DNA of 64,000 bases. It comes from an uncultured Chloroflexia bacterium (GTDB lineage Bacteria; Chloroflexota; Limnocylindria; QHBO01). The translations under genes and the position numbers were made by a program. Under the pieces are notes generated by a model that had not been told where the DNA came from, ran no database searches, and worked only from the letters and a program-made list of their open reading frames with translations. This document shows positions 18,803 through 28,199 of this stretch, one piece after another. Location of the stretch: contig OY969424.1 in NCBI GenBank assembly GCA_963699235.1, positions 1,850,964 to 1,914,963 on the forward strand. Reading direction: 5' to 3'. Position 1 is the first letter of the stretch, and each line of letters opens with the position of its first letter.

Positions 18803-19771
18803 ATGAGTGATCCCGCCGAGGGAACAACGGACTTTGAGACTGCCCGAAACTCGCCGTTGCTCCTTGACGGGTGGCTCGAGTTCAATCGTCGCCGAGCTGG
18901 CGTGGAGCCGATCCGGTTCCGCACCGAGGTGCGCGGGTCCCCGGCGATCGAAACCGTGCTCTACGCAGATCGTCATGGGCGCCTGGTCTTACCGACATTG
19001 AATCCCTACCTCCCGGTTGCCTACGCTTCACCGCCTTCAACGAAGCCCCTCAGGATGCGACGGCACTGGCTGCGTGCCGCCGCGCCACTCGTCGCCGAGA
19101 TGCGCCGTCGAGGCCTGGCAGACAACCTGATCCTGTCGCCGAATGTCGCTGATGCCCGCCCCTGGCTATGGGCCGGGTTCCGCGCCACCGTCGGGTACAC
19201 GGTCCTCAACCGTCTCCCGCCGGATGCAACCGACTTCGACAGCGACGCCACCCGTCGAGTTCGGATGGCCATGGGAAACGGGTATCGGTGGACGAGTCGG
19301 GGCGACGTCGGTGACGTGCTCGCTTGCCTGGCAGCCACGGAATCAAGGAAGGGCTTTCAGTACCACCTCGGAGAGGAAGATCTCAGCTGGTTGGTGGCGA
19401 GCCTCGGGCCCGATGTGGCCCGGACCTACGTCTGCTACGCGCCGACCGGGGACGCGGCCAGCGCCGCGGTGGTCCTCCATCGCCCGCTCGGGCTGGCCAT
19501 CCTCCTTGTTGGCGGGACCCGTCCGGAGTACTTCAAAGAGGGGGCAGCCCAGTTCCTCGTGCACGAGATGCTGCAGGATCTCTCGGATGCCGGAGCCTCG
19601 GGCGTCGACCTCGCGGGCGCTGATCTCCCGGGCGTGGCGCTCTGGAAGGAAGCGTGGGGCGGGCGCCTCCTGCCGGTCTTTCACGTCGAACCGTATACCA
19701 TTCGCAATGGACTACGCTGGGGTCGCGACTGGCTCCGGCAGTTGAGGAATGTGCCCAGCCGGGACGAATAG
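18803..19771 (+). CDS. FemAB-like / GNAT-fold acyl(aminoacyl)transferase (Acetyltransf_6-like)
   Basis: 322 aa. The C-terminal part AQFLVHEMLQDLSDAGASGVDLAGADLPGVALWKEAWGG resembles the FDxgG...FKxxxG end of FemAB-like GNAT domains. This assignment is from memory of the family, not from a search. Confidence 0.5.
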   Translation: MSDPAEGTTDFETARNSPLLLDGWLEFNRRRAGVEPIRFRTEVRGSPAIETVLYADRHGRLVLPTLNPYLPVAYASPPSTKPLRMRRHWLRAAAPLVAEMRRRGLADNLILSPNVADARPWLWAGFRATVGYTVLNRLPPDATDFDSDATRRVRMAMGNGYRWTSRGDVGDVLACLAATESRKGFQYHLGEEDLSWLVASLGPDVARTYVCYAPTGDAASAAVVLHRPLGLAILLVGGTRPEYFKEGAAQFLVHEMLQDLSDAGASGVDLAGADLPGVALWKEAWGGRLLPVFHVEPYTIRNGLRWGRDWLRQLRNVPSRDE

Positions 19772-19861
19772 CGCCGGCCTTCGGTAGGGATGGTGTGTGG
19801 GCGCCCGCCGTACCCCGCCCAAGCGTGTGACCGCTTCCGAGGATTCGAGGAGATTCGCCAG

Positions 19862-20743
19862 GTGGACGTTCAGAAATCACTCCAGGTCGTCCGACGATGG
19901 ATCGTCGTCATCCTGGCGACGGGCATCGTGGCCGCCACGGCGGCGTACATTGCGACGGGGTTCCTCCCGGGAAATTACGAGGGCCGCGCGACACTGCTGG
20001 TCGGACAAAGCCTTGAGTCGGGCCAGCTCGACTACGACCAGATTCTCGCGGCCCAACTTCAAGCCCAGACGTATGCGGCCATCGCCACTGACCGCTCGGT
20101 CCTGGAGACGACCATCGAGACCCTTGGTCTCGATATGACACCGGAACAGCTGGCTCGTCAGACCGAGGCCAGTGCCGCCTCCGGCAGTCGATTCGTAACC
20201 ATCCTCGCAACCGATGGCGACCCGAATCGCGCTGCCGATATCGCGAACGGAATCGCCGAACATGTGATCGCGCTCACCGCGGCCGACACCACCGACGAGA
20301 TCCTCGCGGCCATACGACTTGAACTCGCCGCTACCGAGGCTGAGGTTGCCTCCGTCGAGGCCGATCTCGAGTTTCTTGCGCAGGAATCCCCGAGCGCCGA
20401 CGTCATCGAGCGAAGGAGTGAACTCACCACCCAGCTTCTGACGCTGCGCTCCATTCGCGCACAACTCCTGGCGGAGGCGGCAGAGGGGTCCACGAGTCCA
20501 CTGGCCATCGTCAGCCGCGCGGCGCCCAGCGCCGAGCCGGCCGGTCCCCGTCCGATCTTGAATGCGTTGCTCGCTGCCGTGGTCGGAATCATCGCGGCGA
20601 CGGCCATCGTCTTCGTCATTGATCGGCAGGTGCCTGCCACCGTGCCGCCAGCCCCGACTCCGCGCGCCAAGGGCAGTCGCAAGTCGCCCGCGGCGCTGGC
20701 GAAGGCCGAACAATCTCAGGCTGGCGAGATCCCGCCCCCGTGA
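19862..20743 (+). CDS. Wzz-like polysaccharide chain-length determinant (no kinase domain)
   Basis: GTG at 19862, preceded by GAGGAG about 10 nt upstream. It has an N-terminal TM (RRWIVVILATGIVAATAAYIATGF), a long coiled/periplasmic-type segment, a second TM (LNALLAAVVGIIAATAIVFVI) and a short tail. Confidence 0.7.
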   Translation: MDVQKSLQVVRRWIVVILATGIVAATAAYIATGFLPGNYEGRATLLVGQSLESGQLDYDQILAAQLQAQTYAAIATDRSVLETTIETLGLDMTPEQLARQTEASAASGSRFVTILATDGDPNRAADIANGIAEHVIALTAADTTDEILAAIRLELAATEAEVASVEADLEFLAQESPSADVIERRSELTTQLLTLRSIRAQLLAEAAEGSTSPLAIVSRAAPSAEPAGPRPILNALLAAVVGIIAATAIVFVIDRQVPATVPPAPTPRAKGSRKSPAALAKAEQSQAGEIPPP

Positions 20744-21954
20744 CGGGGAAGTCGGTCGTACGCCGAGGTGAGGACGACTGACTCCGTCTCCCAGTTCCAG
20801 CGCCGTGCCGCGGCCCGACAGCGTGCCTTCAATGCCTCACGTTCGGGCGCTGACAGGCTCAGGATGCGTCGGAGGGCCTTCGCGATCGCACGAGGATCGG
20901 TCGGATCGCAGACCTCGCCGATCGGCCCGGAGTCACCGGTCAGCACTATGCCAGCCATCGCAGGGAAGTCACTGGTCACCACCGGCACGCCGGCGGCAAT
21001 TGCCTCGAAGAGCTTGTTTGGAGTGGAGAGATACCCGTTGAGCGTATCTGGCTGAATCGGCATTACCGCGATGTCAGAGGACGCGACCCAGGGCAGGAGA
21101 CTCGCGGGAGGAACGGCCTCAAGGACGTGGACCCGCCCGCCGTTCGCTGGGTCCGCCGCCGCCAGATCGAGCTCCCCTCGCAACTCGCCGTATCCGAGAA
21201 ATACGGCGTGCACATCCTCCAGCCCGTCGTCCTGAAGGGCGTGAATGATCTGTCGCAGCCCGCGCAGAGGCGCGAAGATGCCGTGATAGAGGACCACCGG
21301 CTCGGAGGCGGGGATGCCCGCGGCCGCACGGATGAGGTCGTATGTCCGATTCCCGGAGTCCCACCGCGGCGCACAGTTGTGGACGACCTGGACGTCCCCC
21401 ACGCCATACCGATGGCGCAGCTCCGTCGCCAATGCCTCGTTCACGGTGATGACGGCGGACGACCGATGCAGCGCCCAGCGCTCGATGCGTCGGATCAGCG
21501 CCCGGGCGAATCCCGGCAGTCGCGCCCATTCCCCGGGCTGTTCCAGGTGAAGCTCATGGACGTCGTAGACAAAGCGCGACCGCGTCATCCACGGAAGAAC
21601 CGCGAACATGCCCGTGAAATCGTGGATGTGCCAAACGTCCACCCCCGTCCCGGCCGACCGGTGGACGCGCCAACCCCAGACCACGACGTTGGCCACATAG
21701 AAGAGCATCCATCGAGCGCGCCGCAACGCCATGGGGAATCGGCCAGGGGATCGGCTCCATCGCGTCCCGGGCGCCCCTCCGGAAATCGGCGCGGCGATGG
21801 GAACCACGCGACTATTCCCGGGTAACTGAGTCTGCGTTTGGGTCTCGTTGGCCGGCGGAAGACAGAAGAGGGTCACCACGTGACCGTTGGCGGCCAGGGT
21901 AGTGGCCTCTCGTTGCACCCGGCTGTCGTGCGATACATCCCCGTACAGCACCAT
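20716..21954 (-). CDS. Glycosyltransferase family 4
   Basis: GT-B/GT4 pattern including TPNKLFEAIAAGVPVV (E-x7-E region). I prefer the ATG at 21954 (MVLYGDVSHDSRV). The track start at 22098 would overlap the upstream gene by 109 nt. Confidence 0.8.
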   Translation of the reverse strand: MVLYGDVSHDSRVQREATTLAANGHVVTLFCLPPANETQTQTQLPGNSRVVPIAAPISGGAPGTRWSRSPGRFPMALRRARWMLFYVANVVVWGWRVHRSAGTGVDVWHIHDFTGMFAVLPWMTRSRFVYDVHELHLEQPGEWARLPGFARALIRRIERWALHRSSAVITVNEALATELRHRYGVGDVQVVHNCAPRWDSGNRTYDLIRAAAGIPASEPVVLYHGIFAPLRGLRQIIHALQDDGLEDVHAVFLGYGELRGELDLAAADPANGGRVHVLEAVPPASLLPWVASSDIAVMPIQPDTLNGYLSTPNKLFEAIAAGVPVVTSDFPAMAGIVLTGDSGPIGEVCDPTDPRAIAKALRRILSLSAPEREALKARCRAAARRWNWETESVVLTSAYDRLPRHGGGISPA

Positions 21955-21989
21955 GGCAATCGTCAGCCCTTGCCGAGCCCGAGCCTGGT

Positions 21990-23393
21990 TCAGCTGACGA
22001 GCTCCTCGACGAGTTCGCTGTACGAGAGCCGCTCCTGTCGCGACGCGAGTGAACTGTTGTGCCAGAGCATGACAAAGCTCCCGCCGAACCGCCGACATTG
22101 ATCTGCGATCTCAGCCGCGGCGAGGATCGCCTGGTCGGGCGAGAGCTTCCAGTAATAGGAGAGGGTCGCGTCCATCACGAGCAACGGCTGCTCGATGAGG
22201 CCGATCTCCTGGCGACCGATGAGGTCGTATGTCGAGAACGGCCGCCCCGTCCCCGCCCGAAACCCCGTGTGTTGCCCAAAGCCGACCGTGCTGTCGAAAT
22301 GGAGGCCGGCACCGGCCGCACTGGACCACGCCGCGGGTGTCCAGCGCAGAAAGTGATGGCGCACACCCCACCGTGATTGCACGACACCCAGTCTTCGGCA
22401 TACCGCCAGCAGTGCCTCGAACTCGGCTGACAGCCGGGCCGGATCCTGATTCGCTCCGTAGGTGGCATGCAGGCCGATCTCGTGGCCGCGGCGCTGGATG
22501 GACTGGATGAGCAGTCCGATCCACTCGTCGTCCAACGTGTATTGCCCTTCGAGCGGGCCGCCCCCATCTCGTGCGAGGAAATTGAAAGTGGCGCTCAGAT
22601 TGTGGCGCTCAGCAACGTCCATCAAAAAGCCGAAACGGTTCCATGGATCTTGACCCTTCGGCAGGATCCGTGCCCAGCTTGCCGCGCGACGAAAGGCAAG
22701 AGTGGGCTCCTTCCGCTTCACGATATCGGCGCCCGCCGATCGCAGGAGCGCGCGCAGTCCGGGAGCCCAGCGTGCCAGGGGCGTATCCACGTCATGCGAC
22801 AGGACAACCTGGTATTCCCATTGCCGCAACTCTGCGCGCGGCCAGAGGCGATGGATGGCTGCGGCGAGCAGTTCCGCGTATGCGTCCGCCAGAGGGAACT
22901 TCAGGAATCCGGCCCGGTGCGCGACGGACGCCTCGTGAGGAAATCGCCCGTGGTCATCGAGCTCCGCCTCAGTCGCCAGCTCCTCGTAGCGCGAGATGAG
23001 AAAGAAGAGGCCCCCGAGCAGGTCGACCGAGAACCGAATCTGGGTCGCCGAGGGATCGATGGTGTCCAGGACGGTGGCGGCCTCGCCAAAGAGGACCGGC
23101 ACGAGGGTGTCACGTGGCAGGGCCTGCGAATGCGACTCGGCGACCGGCCTCCACTCGAGCGGGAGCGTCGGGACGGTGGTGGACTCGAGCCAAGCCGTGC
23201 TCGCGCCGCGAAAGAACGTATCCGGCAGCCGGATTCCAGCCCCCATCGGATCCCCATGGGCTCGAATCAGGATGTCCGAGCGGTCCGTTGGGTGCCAGTC
23301 CCACTCGAGTCCCATCCACTCCGAGAGGACAACGCGCAGAACGTATTCGCGCTCTGATGAGCAACCACCCGGGGACTCGACCAGCAATCGCAT
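21990..23393 (-). CDS. Polysaccharide deacetylase-like (CE4-type) protein with an N-terminal accessory domain
   Basis: 467 aa. VVLSHDVDTP and HEIGLHATY resemble the CE4 metal-binding motifs, followed by ...MLWHNSS. Confidence 0.65.
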   Translation of the reverse strand: MRLLVESPGGCSSEREYVLRVVLSEWMGLEWDWHPTDRSDILIRAHGDPMGAGIRLPDTFFRGASTAWLESTTVPTLPLEWRPVAESHSQALPRDTLVPVLFGEAATVLDTIDPSATQIRFSVDLLGGLFFLISRYEELATEAELDDHGRFPHEASVAHRAGFLKFPLADAYAELLAAAIHRLWPRAELRQWEYQVVLSHDVDTPLARWAPGLRALLRSAGADIVKRKEPTLAFRRAASWARILPKGQDPWNRFGFLMDVAERHNLSATFNFLARDGGGPLEGQYTLDDEWIGLLIQSIQRRGHEIGLHATYGANQDPARLSAEFEALLAVCRRLGVVQSRWGVRHHFLRWTPAAWSSAAGAGLHFDSTVGFGQHTGFRAGTGRPFSTYDLIGRQEIGLIEQPLLVMDATLSYYWKLSPDQAILAAAEIADQCRRFGGSFVMLWHNSSLASRQERLSYSELVEELVS

Positions 23394-24674
23394 CTACTGC
23401 TCCTTGGCGACCGCCAGCGCATACCAGGAAATGACCAGGTACACGAGGTAGCCCAGGCAGCCAGCGAGGCTGAGCAAGGCAATGGTGACCACGGCGTCAG
23501 CATCGGTCCAGGCCGCCACCGGGACGACCGACAGGATCAGGCTCACCCGGAGGATCTCCCGGATGAGGTGCAGATCCAGGCGCTCCAGCACCCCCAGCAC
23601 CGAGCCCGTGGGAGCCGTTGCGAATTGCAAGAGGAACATCGGCGTCAGCAACGTGAAGTAGATGCCGGCCTCTGCCCATTCGGGCCCAAACACGAAGGGG
23701 AACACGAACGGTGCGAGGACCGCTCCCAGGAGGGCTGGGACGATTCCGACCTTGAGCAATCGCCTCCAGGTAGCAGCAAACAGGAGCCGGAGACGCGGAA
23801 TGTCAGTGGCCATGCGAGCCGCTTCGGCCAGGAAAACCTGGCCGGTCGCGACGCCGATCAGGGCCGTCGGCAGGCCCGCCACGCGCGCCACCAGAAGATA
23901 CAGACCACCGACCGTTGGTCCGTAGACCGCGACGAGCAGCAAGATGGGCAGCTCAAGTCCGAGTGCGTCCAGGAGCGATGAAATGTTGGTGTACATCGGA
24001 AACCGTCGGTAGCGAACCGCTACCGCCCTGAGATCCGGCAGCCTGACCTTTCGCAGTTCGGCGGCGTCTTGTCTCCACAGCTCACCGCCCAGGCGAACTG
24101 TTCCCCCCGTACGTCCGATCACGTCTCCGAGGAGCAAGCCGAGCCCGCCGCCGATTCCGGACAGCGCGAGCTGGAAGCCAACAAGACCCACGCCCTGGAT
24201 CAATCGGGTACGGGCGATTGCGGCAAACTGCCGCGCCCGGACAGCCCACGTGGAGACGACCATGTACGCCGCGGCGCCAAATTGACCGATGACGATGACC
24301 CACAGGAAGGGCGCCAGCGCCTGTGCATTGAGCATTTCCAGGAGAGGTGCTCCAAAGAAGCCGAGCACCATCGCCGTCATCGCGCAGGTGATCACGGAGA
24401 GCGACAGGCTCAGCACGACGACGGCGGCCGTTTGCGCTTGTGAGTCGGGAAGTGCAATGGCCCGGTGATAGCCGAGTGGCGTCACGACCGCCAGGATCGA
24501 GATGAGCGAGGCGGCGGCGCCGTAGATCCCGAATTCGCCCGGCTCGTAGAGCCTGGTGATGAGCGGCGACGCGAGGACGATGACCGCCTGTCCGAACGCG
24601 GTCCCACCCGCCAGGATAGCTACGTTTCGAGAAAACTCGTCAGGCGACCAGCGCCGCTTGACCCACCCGATCAT
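23394..24674 (-). CDS. Wzx-like flippase (MOP/PST superfamily), copy 2
   Basis: 426 aa and polytopic. The N-terminus LAGGTAFGQAVIVLASPLITRLYEPGEFGIYG parallels copy 1. Its stop abuts the deacetylase start. Confidence 0.8.
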   Translation of the reverse strand: MIGWVKRRWSPDEFSRNVAILAGGTAFGQAVIVLASPLITRLYEPGEFGIYGAAASLISILAVVTPLGYHRAIALPDSQAQTAAVVVLSLSLSVITCAMTAMVLGFFGAPLLEMLNAQALAPFLWVIVIGQFGAAAYMVVSTWAVRARQFAAIARTRLIQGVGLVGFQLALSGIGGGLGLLLGDVIGRTGGTVRLGGELWRQDAAELRKVRLPDLRAVAVRYRRFPMYTNISSLLDALGLELPILLLVAVYGPTVGGLYLLVARVAGLPTALIGVATGQVFLAEAARMATDIPRLRLLFAATWRRLLKVGIVPALLGAVLAPFVFPFVFGPEWAEAGIYFTLLTPMFLLQFATAPTGSVLGVLERLDLHLIREILRVSLILSVVPVAAWTDADAVVTIALLSLAGCLGYLVYLVISWYALAVAKEQ

Positions 24675-26035
24675 GCCGTCGAGCTGGCGCGTGGGCTCAG
24701 GCCGGATTCGCTACCCGCGGGAGCGGGCGCGCACAGCAGGAGGAAGAGCAATCCCCAGAGCATGCGTTCCTCGTAGAGCGCCCCGCTGACAAGCGCATTC
24801 AGCGCAAAGAAGACCACGAGAACACGGATCGCGACCCAGGGCGCCGTTCGGGCAGTGGGCGCCACGAACGCGAGCACCACGACCGACAACGCGAGGATGA
24901 CACCCACGATTCCAAGTTCGGCTCCGAATTGGAGGAGCGTGTTGTGTGGATACTCATGTCCGAAGAAGGTGATCGATTCGCGGGCCAGGCCGGCGAACCC
25001 GCCCGTCCCGATCCCGAGCAGAGGGTTATCGACGAACGTCGACCAGGCGAGCCCGAACAGACCCACTCTCGTACCAATCGAGCCGCCGTCGCTGGTATCG
25101 CCCCCGATCGCCGAGAACAGGAGGCCGAAGCGCTCGAGTGAGGCTGAGGGCAGGAGGCTTGACTCGGCCAGCACTACGCCGACCGTCAGCACCCCGATCG
25201 CGGCGATGACCGCAATTCTTCGGAGGGCCACACGGCGGATGGCGAGGCTCACGAGCAGAAGTCCGATCGTCGCCGCGAAGATCAGGAGCGGAGCTCTGGA
25301 CCCCGTGGCCACTGCGCCGTAGACGCCGACGGGGACCAGCAGCAGTACCAGCCAGCTCTCGCGCCGCGTGGTCACGAGGAAGTAGACAACCCCAATGAGG
25401 GGGAGCAACAGGAGGGCGCGCGCCGACTGAATCGTGTTCTCCTGCAGCAGCTGCAGCCGTTGGTCACCGCCAAGGCCCGGTGTTTGAATTGCGGCGAGGC
25501 CGATCGCGACCAGACTCAACAGGGCAATCGTGCCGAGGAACTGAGCCAGATACCTGGGCTTCATCGCAATCCGCGGCACTGCCATGAGCGGGGCAACGAC
25601 CAGGAGCCACCACTGCCCGACAAGCCCGATCGCTCGCGACTGATCCTGCGCATAGAGCGCGCCAGCCGTGATGGATGCTCCCAACGCGAGCCACACGAGG
25701 AGGCCGCGGGTCGTCAGACCGATTTCTCGGTAGCGGAAGAGCGCGAAGATCTGCACCGCGTTGAGAACGGCCAACAGAACGGTGAAATCGATGGGAAGCC
25801 AGGGCTGGACGGCGGCTTTATAGATGGGAATGAGAAGGTAGGCGGCCAGCAGGACTCCCGGCAGCCACACAACAGCAACGCCCAGGAAGAGACCCGCGAG
25901 AAGGGTGAGCAGCACCGGCTGTGGCATGAAGATCGCGGCAATCCCGACGATGTAGCCGGTCAGCAGCACGCCAGCCCATGTCAACGCTGTCCATGGGCGT
26001 TTTCCGGGGGCGGCAGCAGGCGAGGCTTCGGTCAT
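24671..26035 (-). CDS. O-antigen ligase/polymerase-family membrane protein (Wzy_C-type)
   Basis: About 12 TM helices. The loop region TGSRAPLLIFAATIGLL is typical of Wzy_C proteins. The ATG at 26035 forms an ATGA overlap with the asnB-like stop. ATGA also links it to the flippase at 24671-24674. Confidence 0.75.
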   Translation of the reverse strand: MTEASPAAAPGKRPWTALTWAGVLLTGYIVGIAAIFMPQPVLLTLLAGLFLGVAVVWLPGVLLAAYLLIPIYKAAVQPWLPIDFTVLLAVLNAVQIFALFRYREIGLTTRGLLVWLALGASITAGALYAQDQSRAIGLVGQWWLLVVAPLMAVPRIAMKPRYLAQFLGTIALLSLVAIGLAAIQTPGLGGDQRLQLLQENTIQSARALLLLPLIGVVYFLVTTRRESWLVLLLVPVGVYGAVATGSRAPLLIFAATIGLLLVSLAIRRVALRRIAVIAAIGVLTVGVVLAESSLLPSASLERFGLLFSAIGGDTSDGGSIGTRVGLFGLAWSTFVDNPLLGIGTGGFAGLARESITFFGHEYPHNTLLQFGAELGIVGVILALSVVVLAFVAPTARTAPWVAIRVLVVFFALNALVSGALYEERMLWGLLFLLLCAPAPAGSESGLSPRASSTA

Positions 26036-27966
26036 GAGCGAAGGACTGCCTGTTCGTCCTCGCCGCGATCGAACTGGGTCCGAAGCCAGACCTCGAGAAC
26101 GATCAGGCGCCACAGGAGCGCTCCGTCGGAACCGTTCCGTGGTCGAAGCAGCCGATCGATCTCAGATTGCGCGACCCAGGCACGCTGAACCACGTGCCCT
26201 CCGTTCAGGAGCGGTGCAGTCACAGCGGAAGCAGCGGCGAGCCATTGGCCTTGCGGTGTCGCAAATCCGACCTTGTCCTTCCGATCCAGGATGAGGTCTG
26301 GCAGGCGACCTTTCATGGCCACTCTCAGGATGTGCTTGGTGCTGCCACCGGAGATCCGGAGTCGATCGGGCAGCTTGAGGGCGAACTCGACCAGACGATA
26401 GTCGAGAAATGGGACTCGACTCTCAATGCCGAAGGCCATGCTGTTGCGATCCTCGTATCGAAGGAGCGCAGGCAGCATCTCGCTGGTGGAGTCCTGCCAG
26501 AGCCGACGCGCGAGCGGTGTTCCCCCGTATTGGTGGACCGAGGCCAGCGTCGGTTCTCGCGCAAGCTGAGGGGCAATCCGCACCCCAAACGCGCCCCGGG
26601 TCGCCGCGCGGACGCGCTCGTTCACGCCTTCGGGGACCAGGCCACGAATGACGCCGCGCAACGCGCGCCGCCGCGTCAACACGCCCGCTGCGATCGACCG
26701 CTGATACTCGCCGGCAGCTGTGCCAAGCGCGCCGGTACGCGAAAGCCCGGCGACGCGGTATCCCAGGTAGGGGAGATACCCGCCGAGCAGTTCGTCAGCA
26801 CCTTGACCGTCGAGCAGGACCTTGAGGCCGCGCTCGTGAGCCGCCTGCATGACGGTCCACTGAGCAAACACCGATGAGCCGGCAAACGGCTCGCCCTGTG
26901 CCGACAAGACCGTGGTCAGTCGCGCCAGAAACGGCTCCATAGGGACCGAGCTGAAGACCATTTCCATTCCCGCTGCGTGCCCGGCCAGCTGGGCATACCG
27001 CGACTCGTCGACCCCCTGGTCCGGGTACCGAGCGTGGAACGCATAGCGCGGCTGCTGTTCGTTCGTCCGCGTACGGCCGGGGGTCGGGGAAAGAACGCCC
27101 GCGGTCGTTCCCACAATTGCCGATGAATCCAGACCCCCGGACAGGCAGGACCCGATCGGCACATCGGCACGGAGCCGCAGGCGCACAGAATCATCGAAGA
27201 GCGAGAGGAACTCCTCGACGAGGCGCGTATCCGACCGCTCGGTGGGAGGTGAGGCCGGTGTGGCGTCGTCGCTCAGCCCGCTCGGACTCCAGTAGCGGGT
27301 CAGGCGCTCACCACCCGCCTCGACGACAAGGCTGTGTGCGGGCGGCAGTGCTGTGATCCCGGCGTAGAACGTATGGGCCGAATGGTCGAGCAGGCCTCGG
27401 GCGAGGAAGTCACGGACCGCTCCGAGATCCGGCTCGGCGCGCCACGCATCGCTCGAATCCAGCGGCGCAGCCGCGATCAAGGCAGACACTTCGCTGGCGA
27501 ACGCGAGCGTCGATCCTGACCGGCGGAGGTACAGGGGTTTCACGCCCATCCGGTCCCGCGAGAGCCACAGCCTTCTCTGCTCGACATCCCACAACGCGAA
27601 CGCCCACATGCCGTTGAATCGCTTGACCGCCTCGGTCCCCCACGCCAGGTAGGCGGCCAGAATCACCTCGGTATCGGTACCCGTCTCGAAGCGAAATCCC
27701 ATGCGAGCGAGCTCTGCTGCCAGCTCGACGTAGTTGTAGATCTCCCCGTTGTGAACAAGCCACGCGTGGCGTCGGCGCATTGGCTGCGCTCCAGCAGCCG
27801 ATGGATCCAAGATCGAAAGCCGAGCGTGGACGAGGGCCACCCTCTCCTCGTGGAACTGTCCCGAACCATCGGGGCCGCGGTGAGCGATTCGTCCGGCCAT
27901 CCGCTCCGCGACGGAGACATCGACGGCACCTCCGCCGAGGCTGACAAGGCCCGCGATTCCGCACAC
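26032..27966 (-). CDS. Glutamine-hydrolysing asparagine synthase-family amidotransferase (AsnB/WbpS-like)
   Basis: MCGIAG (N-terminal Cys nucleophile), HRGPDG and the SGGLDSS PP-loop; 644 aa. Confidence 0.9.
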   Translation of the reverse strand: MCGIAGLVSLGGGAVDVSVAERMAGRIAHRGPDGSGQFHEERVALVHARLSILDPSAAGAQPMRRRHAWLVHNGEIYNYVELAAELARMGFRFETGTDTEVILAAYLAWGTEAVKRFNGMWAFALWDVEQRRLWLSRDRMGVKPLYLRRSGSTLAFASEVSALIAAAPLDSSDAWRAEPDLGAVRDFLARGLLDHSAHTFYAGITALPPAHSLVVEAGGERLTRYWSPSGLSDDATPASPPTERSDTRLVEEFLSLFDDSVRLRLRADVPIGSCLSGGLDSSAIVGTTAGVLSPTPGRTRTNEQQPRYAFHARYPDQGVDESRYAQLAGHAAGMEMVFSSVPMEPFLARLTTVLSAQGEPFAGSSVFAQWTVMQAAHERGLKVLLDGQGADELLGGYLPYLGYRVAGLSRTGALGTAAGEYQRSIAAGVLTRRRALRGVIRGLVPEGVNERVRAATRGAFGVRIAPQLAREPTLASVHQYGGTPLARRLWQDSTSEMLPALLRYEDRNSMAFGIESRVPFLDYRLVEFALKLPDRLRISGGSTKHILRVAMKGRLPDLILDRKDKVGFATPQGQWLAAASAVTAPLLNGGHVVQRAWVAQSEIDRLLRPRNGSDGALLWRLIVLEVWLRTQFDRGEDEQAVLRS

Positions 27967-28199
27967 CGTGGCTTACCCGCCGCCGGTCAGTGGGGCAGCT
28001 CAGCGACCGATCGTCGCCTGCGATTGGCGGCTCGATGTCGAGACCAGCCGTCGGGCTCCCGCTCCTCGTGAGTGTCGCCGACCATGGCACACACTCTACT
28101 TCCCTCACGCGTGAGCCGATAAGGTGCCAGCCCGGCATCGCTTCTGACCCGGGTAGCATGGGGTGGTGACCCCGCAGCGACGCCTCGTCCACACCGAGC

